A DNA stretch of 64,000 bases from the NCBI GenBank assembly GCA_026416955.1, contig JAOAEE010000065.1:14471-78470 (forward strand), given 5' to 3'. Under the pieces are notes generated by a model. The model saw nothing but the letters and a program-made list of their open reading frames with translations, made no database searches and had not been told where the DNA came from. Of the stretch, positions 1-10,058 are shown one piece after another. A program made the translations under genes and the position numbers. Position 1 is the stretch's first letter. The number at the start of each line of letters is the position of its first letter. This DNA is from Ignavibacteria bacterium. Lineage in GTDB: Bacteria; Bacteroidota; Ignavibacteria; Kapaibacteriales; UBA2268.

Positions 1-3000
1 CGCTTCCATCAACATCGACAGAGATTTGGAGTTTTTGTCCTGAATTAAGATTAATACTGGACGGAGGTTGTTGAGTAATTCTTGGTTTAATTAATACATT
101 TAATTGTGCAGATGAAGAGTTAATAGTAAATCCAGTGGGTAGATTTGTTAGAACGACATCATAAGTGCCGGCATCGTTAAGATTGATATTTGAAATAACA
201 AGTTTAGAAGTTGAGGAGCCAGAAATCCTTGCGTTATCTGTTAATGGAACACCATCCTTCCTCCATTGATATTTTAATTCTGTTCCGCCGGTGTATGTTG
301 CTTGAATGCTAAATTCAACAGTTTGACCCTCGCAAGCGGATGCATCCTCTGGTTGAGTTGCAATATCAATTGTTGGGGTTGAGATACTGAAACCAGTTGC
401 AGTGTCGGCTCCGCAAAGTCCTCGGATTACAACCCAATAGTTTGTACCAATATCAGATGGTCGGACATCACGAATAGTTAAATAATTTGACTTAGAACCA
501 GATATTCTATCGTTATCTTCAAGGGGTTGGTTACCTCTATACCATTGAATGAATACTTCTCCGTTTGGTGGATTACCTTCTACTAATGCGTCAAAATCGA
601 ATGTAGCGACATCTCCTAATTTAACTGTTTGAACTTTATTAGTTCTGGTTATTCTTGTCTTGGAGTAGACATATATCAATACTTGGTCTGTATAGACGGT
701 TACGACACCTCTACAATCTTGTATTGTCAATTTGCATCGATAAACACCAGAATTTTCATATTTTAAGTTGTTAAGAATTAATACTGCTGTCGTTGCACTG
801 GGATTGTCTGTAATATCGACACCATCTTTTTGCCATTGGTATTTAAGAACTACACCCTCTGTTACAACGTATGTTAAAATATTTGAACCGACGCACGCAG
901 ATTGAGCTTGCGGTTGCTCAACAATGCGGAACAATGGCCAAACAATAATGTCGATCTCGTTTGAAGGAACGGGTTGCCCATTGGGATAACAAGCGTCGGA
1001 ACCATAGACAAGTACACGATATTTACCAGACATTGATGGGTCGGCTATTCTAAATTGAAGTGTTCTTTGCCTTGCTGTTGGGAATTTATCTAAGTCGAGG
1101 TCCACCCAAGTGCCACCGACCATCTTTTGCCATTTATATCCGGTAATCGTTCCGGTAGCAGCAGTCGTTAAAGTAAAGTTATCAGTTTCGCAAATATTTA
1201 ATGGGTCTTTATCACAGGAAATAACATTGTTTTTAACAGATTCAGTAACATCGACAAAAGCGGGATTTGATGCCACTCTGTTGGGTCCACAATTTCCAGG
1301 ACCAAAAACTAAAACTCTATAGAAACCAGTGGCACTTTGAGGATTAGCAATAGGTTGAACAAGGTTTGGACCAGTTGCCCCGGGGATATCTATCCACAAA
1401 TTAGGATTATTTGGGTCTCGCTTCTGCCACTGCCAACGAGTTATAGTTCCAATACTTGTACTTGTCAAATTAATAGTTGGGTTTAAGTCTGCACAAATGG
1501 AAGAGTTTTGTGGATGTGAAATTATTTCAATTGGGGATTCAACTCTTAATAGAGCATCACTTGTTGTAATGCTTTCCCCGAAGAAAGAAATTACACAACT
1601 ATAATTTGCAGAGTCTGTTTGTACAAGAGAGGAGAAAATTAAATTTTGACTTGTAGCATTGGTGATATTAATAGAATTTTTTCTCCATTGGTAACCGAAA
1701 CTTGGACTTGGTACAGAACGGCTAATTCCATCGGCGTAACCAGTAATTGAAGCAGTTGCAGTAAGTCGAACATTACCATCTTTACAATATATACTCTGTT
1801 GTGGGGTGAAAGTAATAGGAGAAGTTGTTAAAAATGGTCTAACTTCATCGCAACCAATTACAGTGTTTGTAGTTCTTCTGGTTTCGTTATCGAAATCTAT
1901 TGTAACACCACTTAATGCAGGAGCAAGGAATCTGTTATCCCCAATAGTTGAACCAGTGAGATGTAAGTCGTCATTTCCAATAAAGGTGGGTTGCAAATTA
2001 ATAGAGTTTGCATCTCCACCCGATGAAGTTCGCCAATCAGAAAGAGATGTTCTATCGCTTCCGTAAAAACCTAAGATACCGTAACTACCAGATACATAGT
2101 AGTTATTATAATTTATAGTTGAGAAAGTAAAGCCCGATGGAACATACACAGCGTACATTTTGCTACCAGATATGTTACTTCCAAGGCTGTTCACAAATAT
2201 ATTGTTTCGTAAATCGGTACCAGTGACACCAGTACTTGTAATTAACAAACAAGCACTCATACTTGCCGAAGAACCTACATTTGCCTGAGTTCCATACATA
2301 TTGATTGTGTTGTGATAAATTCTGTAATTAGTTCCACCGGCTAATCTAATTCCAAAAGGATTATAAATAGTACTGCTTACACTATAATTCATTGTGTGTA
2401 TGTCAGATATCATATTATTTGCGATAATAATATTGGAATTACCAGTTGCAGAGTTAACATTGATTCCATAGGCACCCCAACCACCAGAGGATTCTTGGTA
2501 AATTCCATAAATTTTATTCCCAACTATTCTAACATCTGAGCAGTAAGTATTTAGTTCAATAGCAGCAAGATTAGTGCCATCTGTACGTTTAATGTTGTAA
2601 ATAGTATTTCCAACAATTTCTGCCCCCTGGGCATATTGATACAGATATATTCCTCGATATCCAATGTAATCGGTTGTTGCATCGGCACCGATTAAGTTAT
2701 TGTAAATTTTTAAACTGTCAACATTTCCGCCAGAAATGCCACCAACAAATATTCCATAATAACATCTTCTAATCGAATTACCCTCGATTCGGAGAAAATC
2801 ATTATCTGCTCCAGAGCCAGAAGCAGAGATACTTGTGCCAGCAGCATATATACCCATACTTGAAGTTTGAGATGGTGAGGAATATAAGTTACCTATACCA
2901 ATAATATTACAATTCCTAATAGTGATGTTGTTGCAACCTGCATTAGTTCCAAGAGACCTAATCCAGATTACAGCTCCGGTCGTGGCAGTTGTAGCATCGT

Positions 3001-4354
3001 TTCGGAAGGTTAAGTTTCTACCAGTACCTCCAATTCTTCCATCAAAAGTAACCCTGTCAGCACCATTGAGAACTATTAATCCATTCGAAGCAAAAGAACC
3101 ACTGATAGTTCTATTACCACCAGAGGGAACAATTGTCAATGTGTAACCACTACCACCGTATTCAGTCCATTGGTTAAGGGTTGGCGGATTGGGTCCGGGT
3201 TCAACAATGTCCGTCATTATGACCAAAGTTACATTACAACCCATTCCAAATGTGTTGATTTCATTAAATGCTTCGGTTAAATTAGGATAATATTGTCCGG
3301 TACCAACGGTATAGGTTCCACATCGTGGTCCACGAATATCTCTTGAACCCGATGGATTAGTAACAGAAGGTGTGTAACTTGTACCACCTAATACAAAGCC
3401 TGTACATTGAGCGTCGAGGAGATTACCAACTGTAGCTGAAGAAGAAACATCATAAACAAGCCAGAAATAATTAGTTCCTGCACTTAGTGTTTGGGAACCA
3501 GTTATTGTAAATGAACCACTTGGGTTGCTAACAGTGGAACCGAATTGAGTAGAAGTAGAAAAAGTTGTTGAGGTTCCAGTATAGAAAACCCTTGCTGCAG
3601 TAATATCTGCAGTATTTGTAGTCCCAGTAGTATTAAATGTTATGCTTGATACAGATAATGGATTTGCACTACCAGAAACGGTTATTTCAAGGCGGATAAT
3701 TGGTTGGTTTGTAAAACCGGGACCAACTCCCCCAGTAATTTGGGTTGTAGTAGATGATTGGTAGGTCATTGTACTTGGATATTCTACGTAACAAACATCG
3801 TCGATATACATATCATTTCCGAAACCGCTGTATGCTTGAAAAATAATGTAGTTGGATGAGGTATTGAAAGATGAAGGAATGTTGTATGAAAAATAGTACC
3901 AACCCGAGGTAGCATTGTATCTATGTACTGCACCAAGTCGAGTTGCTCCAGTTAAACTTGGAGATGTATTTACCCATACAATAACACTATCGGGGCTAGA
4001 AGAATATCCGGGGTCTCTGTACATATAGAAACTTACAGTGGGAGTATTTGAACCTCGTTGAGACCAATCAATATTTGGAGTAACCAAAATTGCATTACTT
4101 CCAGTTGTAGCTGAGTAAGAATAGTAACCTGCCATCCCAGCTCCTGAGTAAGGAGAAGCTGAAGGATATCTACCTGTTGTCAACCTTTGCCAGTTATAGC
4201 TACCGCTTATGATGGTTGCTGTCCATCCTGTGGGTGGGAAGGTGGTTCCGTCAAAAGACTCGCAGCGAGTGACTTGGCTTTTCAGTTCTTGGAATAGACC
4301 AAGAACGAAGATTAACAATAAAGTGTTTGCCAAGATAATAAATTGTTTTTTCAT
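1..4354 (-). CDS. Large secreted multidomain surface protein (adhesin/MAM-like domain, sialidase-N/BNR-associated-like domain, right-handed beta-helix, tandem Ig-like domains); 3' end lies outside the window
   Basis: Not in the ORF track. Manual translation from ATG 4354 (MKKQFIILANTLLLIFVLGLFQELKS|QVTRCESFDGTTFPPTGW...) stays open to base 1 (~1451 codons). Motifs: DMYIDDV; GSQTLSAGTNYFWLVYDV; beta-helix-like IxGNxI/IxNNxI repeats; Ig repeats YQWQKDG...SGVYRC and YQWRKDG...DAGTYDV. Confidence 0.9.
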   Translation of the reverse strand, partial: MKKQFIILANTLLLIFVLGLFQELKSQVTRCESFDGTTFPPTGWTATIISGSYNWQRLTTGRYPSASPYSGAGMAGYYSYSATTGSNAILVTPNIDWSQRGSNTPTVSFYMYRDPGYSSSPDSVIVWVNTSPSLTGATRLGAVHRYNATSGWYYFSYNIPSSFNTSSNYIIFQAYSGFGNDMYIDDVCYVEYPSTMTYQSSTTTQITGGVGPGFTNQPIIRLEITVSGSANPLSVSSITFNTTGTTNTADITAARVFYTGTSTTFSTSTQFGSTVSNPSGSFTITGSQTLSAGTNYFWLVYDVSSSATVGNLLDAQCTGFVLGGTSYTPSVTNPSGSRDIRGPRCGTYTVGTGQYYPNLTEAFNEINTFGMGCNVTLVIMTDIVEPGPNPPTLNQWTEYGGSGYTLTIVPSGGNRTISGSFASNGLIVLNGADRVTFDGRIGGTGRNLTFRNDATTATTGAVIWIRSLGTNAGCNNITIRNCNIIGIGNLYSSPSQTSSMGIYAAGTSISASGSGADNDFLRIEGNSIRRCYYGIFVGGISGGNVDSLKIYNNLIGADATTDYIGYRGIYLYQYAQGAEIVGNTIYNIKRTDGTNLAAIELNTYCSDVRIVGNKIYGIYQESSGGWGAYGINVNSATGNSNIIIANNMISDIHTMNYSVSSTIYNPFGIRLAGGTNYRIYHNTINMYGTQANVGSSASMSACLLITSTGVTGTDLRNNIFVNSLGSNISGSKMYAVYVPSGFTFSTINYNNYYVSGSYGILGFYGSDRTSLSDWRTSSGGDANSINLQPTFIGNDDLHLTGSTIGDNRFLAPALSGVTIDFDNETRRTTNTVIGCDEVRPFLTTSPITFTPQQSIYCKDGNVRLTATASITGYADGISRSVPSPSFGYQWRKNSINITNATSQNLIFSSLVQTDSANYSCVISFFGESITTSDALLRVESPIEIISHPQNSSICADLNPTINLTSTSIGTITRWQWQKRDPNNPNLWIDIPGATGPNLVQPIANPQSATGFYRVLVFGPGNCGPNRVASNPAFVDVTESVKNNVISCDKDPLNICETDNFTLTTAATGTITGYKWQKMVGGTWVDLDLDKFPTARQRTLQFRIADPSMSGKYRVLVYGSDACYPNGQPVPSNEIDIIVWPLFRIVEQPQAQSACVGSNILTYVVTEGVVLKYQWQKDGVDITDNPSATTAVLILNNLKYENSGVYRCKLTIQDCRGVVTVYTDQVLIYVYSKTRITRTNKVQTVKLGDVATFDFDALVEGNPPNGEVFIQWYRGNQPLEDNDRISGSKSNYLTIRDVRPSDIGTNYWVVIRGLCGADTATGFSISTPTIDIATQPEDASACEGQTVEFSIQATYTGGTELKYQWRKDGVPLTDNARISGSSTSKLVISNINLNDAGTYDVVLTNLPTGFTINSSSAQLNVLIKPRITQQPPSSINLNSGQKLQISVDVDGS

Positions 4355-4460
4355 AGCTACCCTCAATTGTTGTGAATTTCTTCAAAATACAAGTTATAAA
4401 AAAAGAAATTTATAAAATGTTAAAATAATAATTCACTATACATTAACAAATATATAAAAT

Positions 4461-5456
4461 TTATTTAAATCTATAACTATTTACCATTTCCCAATGTAAA
4501 TTTTTTGTTATGTTTTCTTTAAAAATAAATGGATTTCCAACTTCAACTGTAAGTTGAAGTTTTATATTTAACTCTTGAACTAATCCGCCAGCAGAAAGGA
4601 TTTGTTCTAAAAAGCCAGATGAGTCAGTCAGTTTGTATGGAAAGGAAAGTGTTTTGATATCGTAGAATTTAACTTTTTTGGGAATTAAGTTGGGATTGAC
4701 AAATTTTCCAATTATTGTATACTTGTTATTAATAAAACCAGTGGCTCTTAATTCAACGGTATCTAAAATTAGAATTCCGTCAATCTGTAGTTCAAGTGGG
4801 GAATACCAAACTGAATCTCGATAGACTGGATTAACTGGGTAAAGAAGTTTGATTACATCTCCAATAAATTTTAACCTATTGTCGCTTAATCCATCTGTCC
4901 AATTATAATACCAAATCGAGTCTGGAATTGAATTTTTTAGTTGTTCAATGTAAGCTCTTTTTTCTAAAAGTCTTTCACCTTCTATTCTTGCTACTTCGCC
5001 ATAAGGAGAGTATACTATTACAAATTGCATACTCATTGGAATATTGTAAGTTTGAAAGTCATCGAACTTAAAAACGTTTGGATTAGAAGTTTCAATATTT
5101 GTAAATTCATAAACTTTATTGCCTTCAATAAATCTATAATTTATCGAGTCGATAGAAATTTCAACTTTACTGAAACCATCCTTTGGAGAATCAGGTTGCA
5201 TAATTGTTAAAAAGTAACGGATTATGCGTTGGAATTCTCTAACAGAACTATCTGCATACACTCTTTTTATTTTAGTTGTGTCTGAAAGCACATAATTGTA
5301 ATAAACTTGTGTTTTAAAATTTGCTTTCAATAAGTAGGCTGGGGGTAAATTGGGTTCCTTTTGAATCCCTTTCTCTTGCGAAAAGGAATGATTCAAAAAT
5401 ATTAATAATGTAACGATTTGTATAATAACCAACTTGCAAGTGTCATTCCGTCCCAT
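4461..5456 (-). CDS. Hypothetical exported protein
   Basis: 331-aa ORF with a hydrophobic N-terminus ending SFS|Q and beta-rich composition. Start uncertain because it overlaps the Nudix gene. Confidence 0.75.
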   Translation of the reverse strand: MGRNDTCKLVIIQIVTLLIFLNHSFSQEKGIQKEPNLPPAYLLKANFKTQVYYNYVLSDTTKIKRVYADSSVREFQRIIRYFLTIMQPDSPKDGFSKVEISIDSINYRFIEGNKVYEFTNIETSNPNVFKFDDFQTYNIPMSMQFVIVYSPYGEVARIEGERLLEKRAYIEQLKNSIPDSIWYYNWTDGLSDNRLKFIGDVIKLLYPVNPVYRDSVWYSPLELQIDGILILDTVELRATGFINNKYTIIGKFVNPNLIPKKVKFYDIKTLSFPYKLTDSSGFLEQILSAGGLVQELNIKLQLTVEVGNPFIFKENITKNLHWEMVNSYRFK

Positions 5457-5932
5457 ATTTCACCATTTTGGATTTTTTGTTCAATTTCTTCCTCTCTTAA
5501 AAATAAGACTTCTATTTCTTCAGATTCATCTAAATCTTGTTTCTCTTTAATAAGTTCGTTTGTATAGAATACATAACAAATTTCATCAGTTAGCCCGTTG
5601 CAAGGGTTGAAGTATCCAATAGGTTTAATCTCCTTAGCATAAAAACCAGTTTCTTGCAATAATTCAAGTTTTGCATTTTCTTCTATCGAGACTTGTTGTT
5701 TTACCCCGCCGCCTGGAAATTCAATACTCTTTTTTTGATTTAGATATCGAAACTGTACTGTTAAAATGAATTCTTTTCCAAATTGGGGGATAATCATTGT
5801 TGAACCAGGGGTATGAGCATAGTAATAATTTGCTTTTTTCCCGTTTGGAAGTATATATTCATCAATTTTATAATGCCAGTAAGGATTGACGTCGATTGTT
5901 TTTTCTGCAATTTTAATATATTTTTTTTTCAC
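5402..5932 (-). CDS. NUDIX hydrolase (ADP-ribose pyrophosphatase-like), degenerate Nudix box
   Basis: LPNGK, QFRY, EFPGGG...ELLQETG, DESEEIEV and DGMT motifs. GTG start at 5932 chosen; the ORF track extends to 5989. Confidence 0.85.
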   Translation of the reverse strand: MKKKYIKIAEKTIDVNPYWHYKIDEYILPNGKKANYYYAHTPGSTMIIPQFGKEFILTVQFRYLNQKKSIEFPGGGVKQQVSIEENAKLELLQETGFYAKEIKPIGYFNPCNGLTDEICYVFYTNELIKEKQDLDESEEIEVLFLREEEIEQKIQNGEIWDGMTLASWLLYKSLHY

Positions 5933-5985
5933 TTTAAAATTGTCTGTATACGAATAAAAAAAAACACATAAATTTTTAAAAAGTT

Positions 5986-6411
5986 TCAATAGTTATAAAC
6001 TATTTCGCTTTTGGAGAAAAAGAAAAGTACCTCTTTTTCGCCATTTTCTGGAGAATCGGAACCGTGGATAGCATTTCTTTCAATATTTGTACCGAATAAC
6101 TTACGGATTGTACCTTCTTCTGCTTTTGTAGGGTCTGTACTACCAATTAATGTACGAAATTCTTCAACAGCATTTTCTTTTTCCAAGGCAATAGGTACAA
6201 TTGGCCCGCTTGTCATATATTTTACTAAGTCGTTATAAAAAGGTTTATCCTTATGAATTTCGTAAAAGGATTTAGCCTGTTCTTCTGTTAATTTAGTATA
6301 CTTCATTGCAAGAATTTTAAAGCCAGCTTCTTCTATTCTTTTAATGATTTCTCCTATTACCTTTTTTTCGACAGAATCAGGTTTAATTATTGCCAATGTT
6401 CTTTGTACCAT
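5986..6411 (-). CDS. ndk: Nucleoside-diphosphate kinase
   Basis: [12 protein letters not shown]...GTIR...NAIHGSDS (catalytic His). ATG at 6411 with GAGGA upstream gives 141 aa. Confidence 0.97.
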   Translation of the reverse strand: MVQRTLAIIKPDSVEKKVIGEIIKRIEEAGFKILAMKYTKLTEEQAKSFYEIHKDKPFYNDLVKYMTSGPIVPIALEKENAVEEFRTLIGSTDPTKAEEGTIRKLFGTNIERNAIHGSDSPENGEKEVLFFFSKSEIVYNY

Positions 6412-7336
6412 ACTTTCCTCTTTTACCTTTGTTAATCTTATTGTTGTATACATCAAGTACTGTTTTCCCAATGTTAGCTGGGGAATCGACAACGGTAACC
6501 CCTGCGGATTCAAGTGCTTCAATTTTTTCTTTTGCTGTTCCTTTGCCGCCAGAAATTATTGCTCCTGCGTGTCCCATTCTACGTCCCGGAGGGGCAGTCC
6601 TTCCAGCGATAAAAGCTACAACTGGTTTCCTTACATATTTTTTAATATATTCGGCTGCTTCTTCTTCGGCAGTTCCGCCTATTTCTCCAATCATCATTAT
6701 TATTTCCGTTTTTTTGTCTTTGTTGAAAAGTTCAATCACATCGACAAAATTTGTTCCTATGATTGGGTCCCCACCAATTCCAATACAAGTGCTTTGTCCC
6801 AACCCAACGTCAGTTATTTGTTTAACTGCTTCGTATGTAAGGGTTCCGCTTCGAGAAACCACACCAACTGTTCCGGGATTATGAATAAACCCTGGAATAA
6901 TTCCCAATTTACATTCTCCTGGAGTAATTATTCCGGGACAATTTGGACCAATCATTCTAGATTTGGAGGATTTAAGTGCAGAGTAGACTTTTACCATATC
7001 CTTCGTTGGAATACCTTCGGTAATAGTAACAATTAATCTAATTTCGGACTCAATTGCTTCTAAGATTGCATCAGAGGCTAAATGAGGCGGAACGAAAATT
7101 ACAGTTGCATCTGGTTTGGTTGCTGCGACTGCCTCTCGAACAGAGTTGAAAATTGGTACTTCTTTAGCAAAAGGGTAAGTTTCGTTGCCTTTGTACTTTA
7201 ATCCGCCTTTACCAGGAGTAACTCCTCCTACAATTTTTGTTCCATACTCAATCATTTGTGCAGTATGAAATGTACCCTCGGAACCAGTGATTCCTTGGAC
7301 AATTGCCTTTGTTCTTTTATTTACTAAGATGCTCAT
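6383..7336 (-). CDS. sucD: Succinyl-CoA synthetase alpha subunit
   Basis: [36 protein letters not shown] (phospho-His). Confidence 0.97.
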   Translation of the reverse strand: MSILVNKRTKAIVQGITGSEGTFHTAQMIEYGTKIVGGVTPGKGGLKYKGNETYPFAKEVPIFNSVREAVAATKPDATVIFVPPHLASDAILEAIESEIRLIVTITEGIPTKDMVKVYSALKSSKSRMIGPNCPGIITPGECKLGIIPGFIHNPGTVGVVSRSGTLTYEAVKQITDVGLGQSTCIGIGGDPIIGTNFVDVIELFNKDKKTEIIMMIGEIGGTAEEEAAEYIKKYVRKPVVAFIAGRTAPPGRRMGHAGAIISGGKGTAKEKIEALESAGVTVVDSPANIGKTVLDVYNNKINKGKRGKYGTKNIGNN

Positions 7337-7414
7337 TGGAAAATCCTAAATTTGAGTATCTAAAATTTGCAATTTAAAATATTTTCAGTAATGAAAAATT
7401 AAGTTATCAATTTG

Positions 7415-8455
7415 CTATTTAATAGAATTTTTTCTCTTGAAATATTCAAGCCCTTCGTCAACTATCTTTTGACACAATTCTGGGAATTCTATTCCTTTTG
7501 CCTTTGCAGCTTTGGGAACAAGCGAGGTATCGGTAAAACCTGGAATAGTATTGATTTCTAAAACAAAGGGTTGAAAATCTTCAGTTAAACGAAAGTCTAC
7601 ACGGGCAAATCCGTTGCAACCTATAGTATTAAAAACTTGCATTGCAATGTCTTGTACCAATTCCGAAACATCGCTTGGCAATTCAGCTGGACACACATAC
7701 TCAGTTTTGCCTTTTGTATATTTGTGTTCAAAGTCGTAAAAACCACTTTGGGGTATTATCTCGATTACTGGAAGTGGTTCTTCACCAACAATACCAACAG
7801 TAATTTCTTTGCCTTCAATATACCTTTCTACAAGAATAATATCAGAAAATTCACTCGCTTTTTTTAGTCCCAAATAGATTTCATCAAGGTTACCATCCAT
7901 TACAATAGTAGTTCCAAATGTTGAGCCTTGGTCATTTGGTTTAATTACCATTTTTTTTCCGAAATCGTCTCTAATTTCCTCGCAAATTTCGAAGTTGTCA
8001 AGTTCGTTTGCTCGAAGTGTTATCCATCTTGGCGTCGGAATTCCAGAAGCAATAAAAATTATCTTAGAAAGATTCTTGTCCATACCAATGGAGCTTGCTT
8101 TGGGATTGCTTCCAGAATATGGGATATTCTTTAGTTCAAAAAGTGTTTGGATTGTTCCATCCTCACCATACTTACCGTGTAGCACTATGAAAGCAAATTC
8201 GATTTCATCGAAAATTGGATTGGCAATTGTTTCAAGATATTTATCAATTCTGTATTTGTTTTTATCTAGAGAAGATAGTGTTGGTAAATCTGCAATTTCA
8301 TCTAACGAATGAAAAAAACCTTCGTTTCCAAGTGCTGGGTCGACAAGTAAAGGTTTATGGTTTAGGTCCTTCAAAGCATTAAAAACCGAGATGCCACTTT
8401 TTATTGATATATCTCTTTCGGTAGATAATCCCCCAAAGATTACTGCAATTTTCAT
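7415..8455 (-). CDS. ddl: D-alanine--D-alanine ligase
   Basis: FGGLSTERDIS, LHGKYGEDG, ARVDF, LEINTIPGFT, SLVP. Confidence 0.95.
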   Translation of the reverse strand: MKIAVIFGGLSTERDISIKSGISVFNALKDLNHKPLLVDPALGNEGFFHSLDEIADLPTLSSLDKNKYRIDKYLETIANPIFDEIEFAFIVLHGKYGEDGTIQTLFELKNIPYSGSNPKASSIGMDKNLSKIIFIASGIPTPRWITLRANELDNFEICEEIRDDFGKKMVIKPNDQGSTFGTTIVMDGNLDEIYLGLKKASEFSDIILVERYIEGKEITVGIVGEEPLPVIEIIPQSGFYDFEHKYTKGKTEYVCPAELPSDVSELVQDIAMQVFNTIGCNGFARVDFRLTEDFQPFVLEINTIPGFTDTSLVPKAAKAKGIEFPELCQKIVDEGLEYFKRKNSIK

Positions 8456-8456
8456 A

Positions 8457-9215
8457 CTATTTCCTTTTCAATAAATTTGAAAATTTAGTTCGAATAATAT
8501 TAAGATCATCAACTAAATCCTTTTCTAATTTGGGATTTCTTAGTAAAGCAGCAGGGTGGTAGGTAACAATTACTGGTATTTGATTAAAAGTTAATATATT
8601 CCCACGAAGTTCAGACATCTTTTTTTTGATATTCAATAGACCTTCAACCGCAGTTGCACCTAGTGCAACGATAACTTTTGGCTTTATTAATTCTATCTGC
8701 TTTACCAAATAGGGTTTACACATTTCAATTTCCGAAGCCAAAGGTTTTCGATTGTTTGGTGGTCGGCATTTAAGAATATTTGCAATGTAAACATCTTTCC
8801 TTTCTATTCCAGCAACTTTAAGTAATTTGGTCAATAATTGTCCGGCTCTTCCCACAAATGGTAGACCTTGAACATCTTCGTCTGCGCCCGGTGCCTCTCC
8901 AATTAACATAATCTCTGCGTTTGGATTGCCAGAACCAAAGACAAACTTGATTCTTGTTTTTCCAAGTTCACATTTTGTGCAAGTGTTGATTTTGCTTTCC
9001 AATTCATTCAACGATTGAGAATAATACCAATCATTATCAATTGAAAAAATATCCAGTGAATGTACTAATTTCGTTTGATATTTATTCTTAGTTTGGTCTT
9101 CTAAGACTTTGTTCGATGGGAGTGTAGAACTATAAAAAAACTCGGAGAATATTGTTTCTCCATAGTTTTCTTTCAAATATTGAAAAAAGCTTTCTAATTT
9201 TTGTTTCAAGTCCAT
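8457..9215 (-). CDS. Uracil-DNA glycosylase, family 4 (4Fe-4S)
   Basis: CTKCEL, GEAPGADED, PFVGRAG, KCRPPNNR, TYHPAALLR. Confidence 0.93.
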   Translation of the reverse strand: MDLKQKLESFFQYLKENYGETIFSEFFYSSTLPSNKVLEDQTKNKYQTKLVHSLDIFSIDNDWYYSQSLNELESKINTCTKCELGKTRIKFVFGSGNPNAEIMLIGEAPGADEDVQGLPFVGRAGQLLTKLLKVAGIERKDVYIANILKCRPPNNRKPLASEIEMCKPYLVKQIELIKPKVIVALGATAVEGLLNIKKKMSELRGNILTFNQIPVIVTYHPAALLRNPKLEKDLVDDLNIIRTKFSNLLKRK

Positions 9216-9234
9216 AAAACAAAATTACAAAATA

Positions 9235-9270
9235 AATTAGAGTACTCTCTTTGGGGAGAGTACTCTAATT
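9235..9270 (-). terminator. Intrinsic terminator after sdhCAB
   Basis: Perfect 15-bp inverted repeat AATTAGAGTACTCTC / GAGAGTACTCTAATT with a 6-nt loop, followed by a T-rich tract on the minus strand, just after the sdhB stop. Confidence 0.8.
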
Positions 9271-9287
9271 AATCAATACTGAAGAAG

Positions 9288-10058
9288 TTATTCATTATTA
9301 ATGACTTCCAATTTCTCTTCCGAGCAAGAAGCTTTTAAATAATCGCGGTTCATCAAAGCAATAAAACGAACTGAAATTTCTTTTGGGCAAGCAGCTTCGC
9401 ATTCGTAAAGGTTGCTACAATTTCCAAAACCTTCCTTTTGCATTTGTTCGACCATTTTAAGTACTCTTAATTTTCGTTCTGGTTGGCCTTGTGGAAGATA
9501 TGCAAAATGGCTAACTTTTGCTCCTACAAACAACATAGCAGCACCATTAGGACAAGCTGCTACACAAGCACCACAACCAATACACTGTGCAGCATCCATC
9601 GCATTGTCGGCATTTTGTTTGGGAACTAGTATGGAATTTGCTTCGGGTGCTTGCCCAGTGTTGACACTGATAAAACCTCCCGCTTGAATTATTCTATCGA
9701 ATGCTGAACGGTCTACTACCAAATCTTTAATTATCGGAAATGCTTTTGCACGAAATGGTTCAATCCAAATTTCGTCTCCATCTTTAAATTTACGCATATG
9801 AAGTTGGCAAGTGGTTGTTGCTTTTTCTGGTCCGTGTGGAATACCATTGATAGTTAAAGAGCAAGCGCCACAAATACCTTCTCTACAATCATGGTCAAAA
9901 GCAACAGGTTCTTTTCCCTCCAAAATTAGTTTTTCATTCAGAACGTCGAGCATTTCAAGAAAGGACATATCTTCCAAAACATTATTTAATTCGTAAGTTT
10001 CGAATTTTCCTTTTTCTTTGTTGTTCTTTTGCCTCCAAATATGTAATTTAACTTTCAT
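9288..10058 (-). CDS. sdhB: Succinate dehydrogenase/fumarate reductase iron-sulfur subunit
   Basis: [21 protein letters not shown] and [12 protein letters not shown] Fe-S motifs. Confidence 0.96.
   Translation of the reverse strand: MKVKLHIWRQKNNKEKGKFETYELNNVLEDMSFLEMLDVLNEKLILEGKEPVAFDHDCREGICGACSLTINGIPHGPEKATTTCQLHMRKFKDGDEIWIEPFRAKAFPIIKDLVVDRSAFDRIIQAGGFISVNTGQAPEANSILVPKQNADNAMDAAQCIGCGACVAACPNGAAMLFVGAKVSHFAYLPQGQPERKLRVLKMVEQMQKEGFGNCSNLYECEAACPKEISVRFIALMNRDYLKASCSEEKLEVINNE

Noticed and set aside
1110-4415. Four short plus-strand ORFs in the track
   Set aside because: Antisense to the long minus-strand surface-protein ORF.
6344-7036. 230-aa and 164-aa plus-strand ORFs
   Set aside because: Antisense shadows of sucD/ndk with no recognisable motifs.
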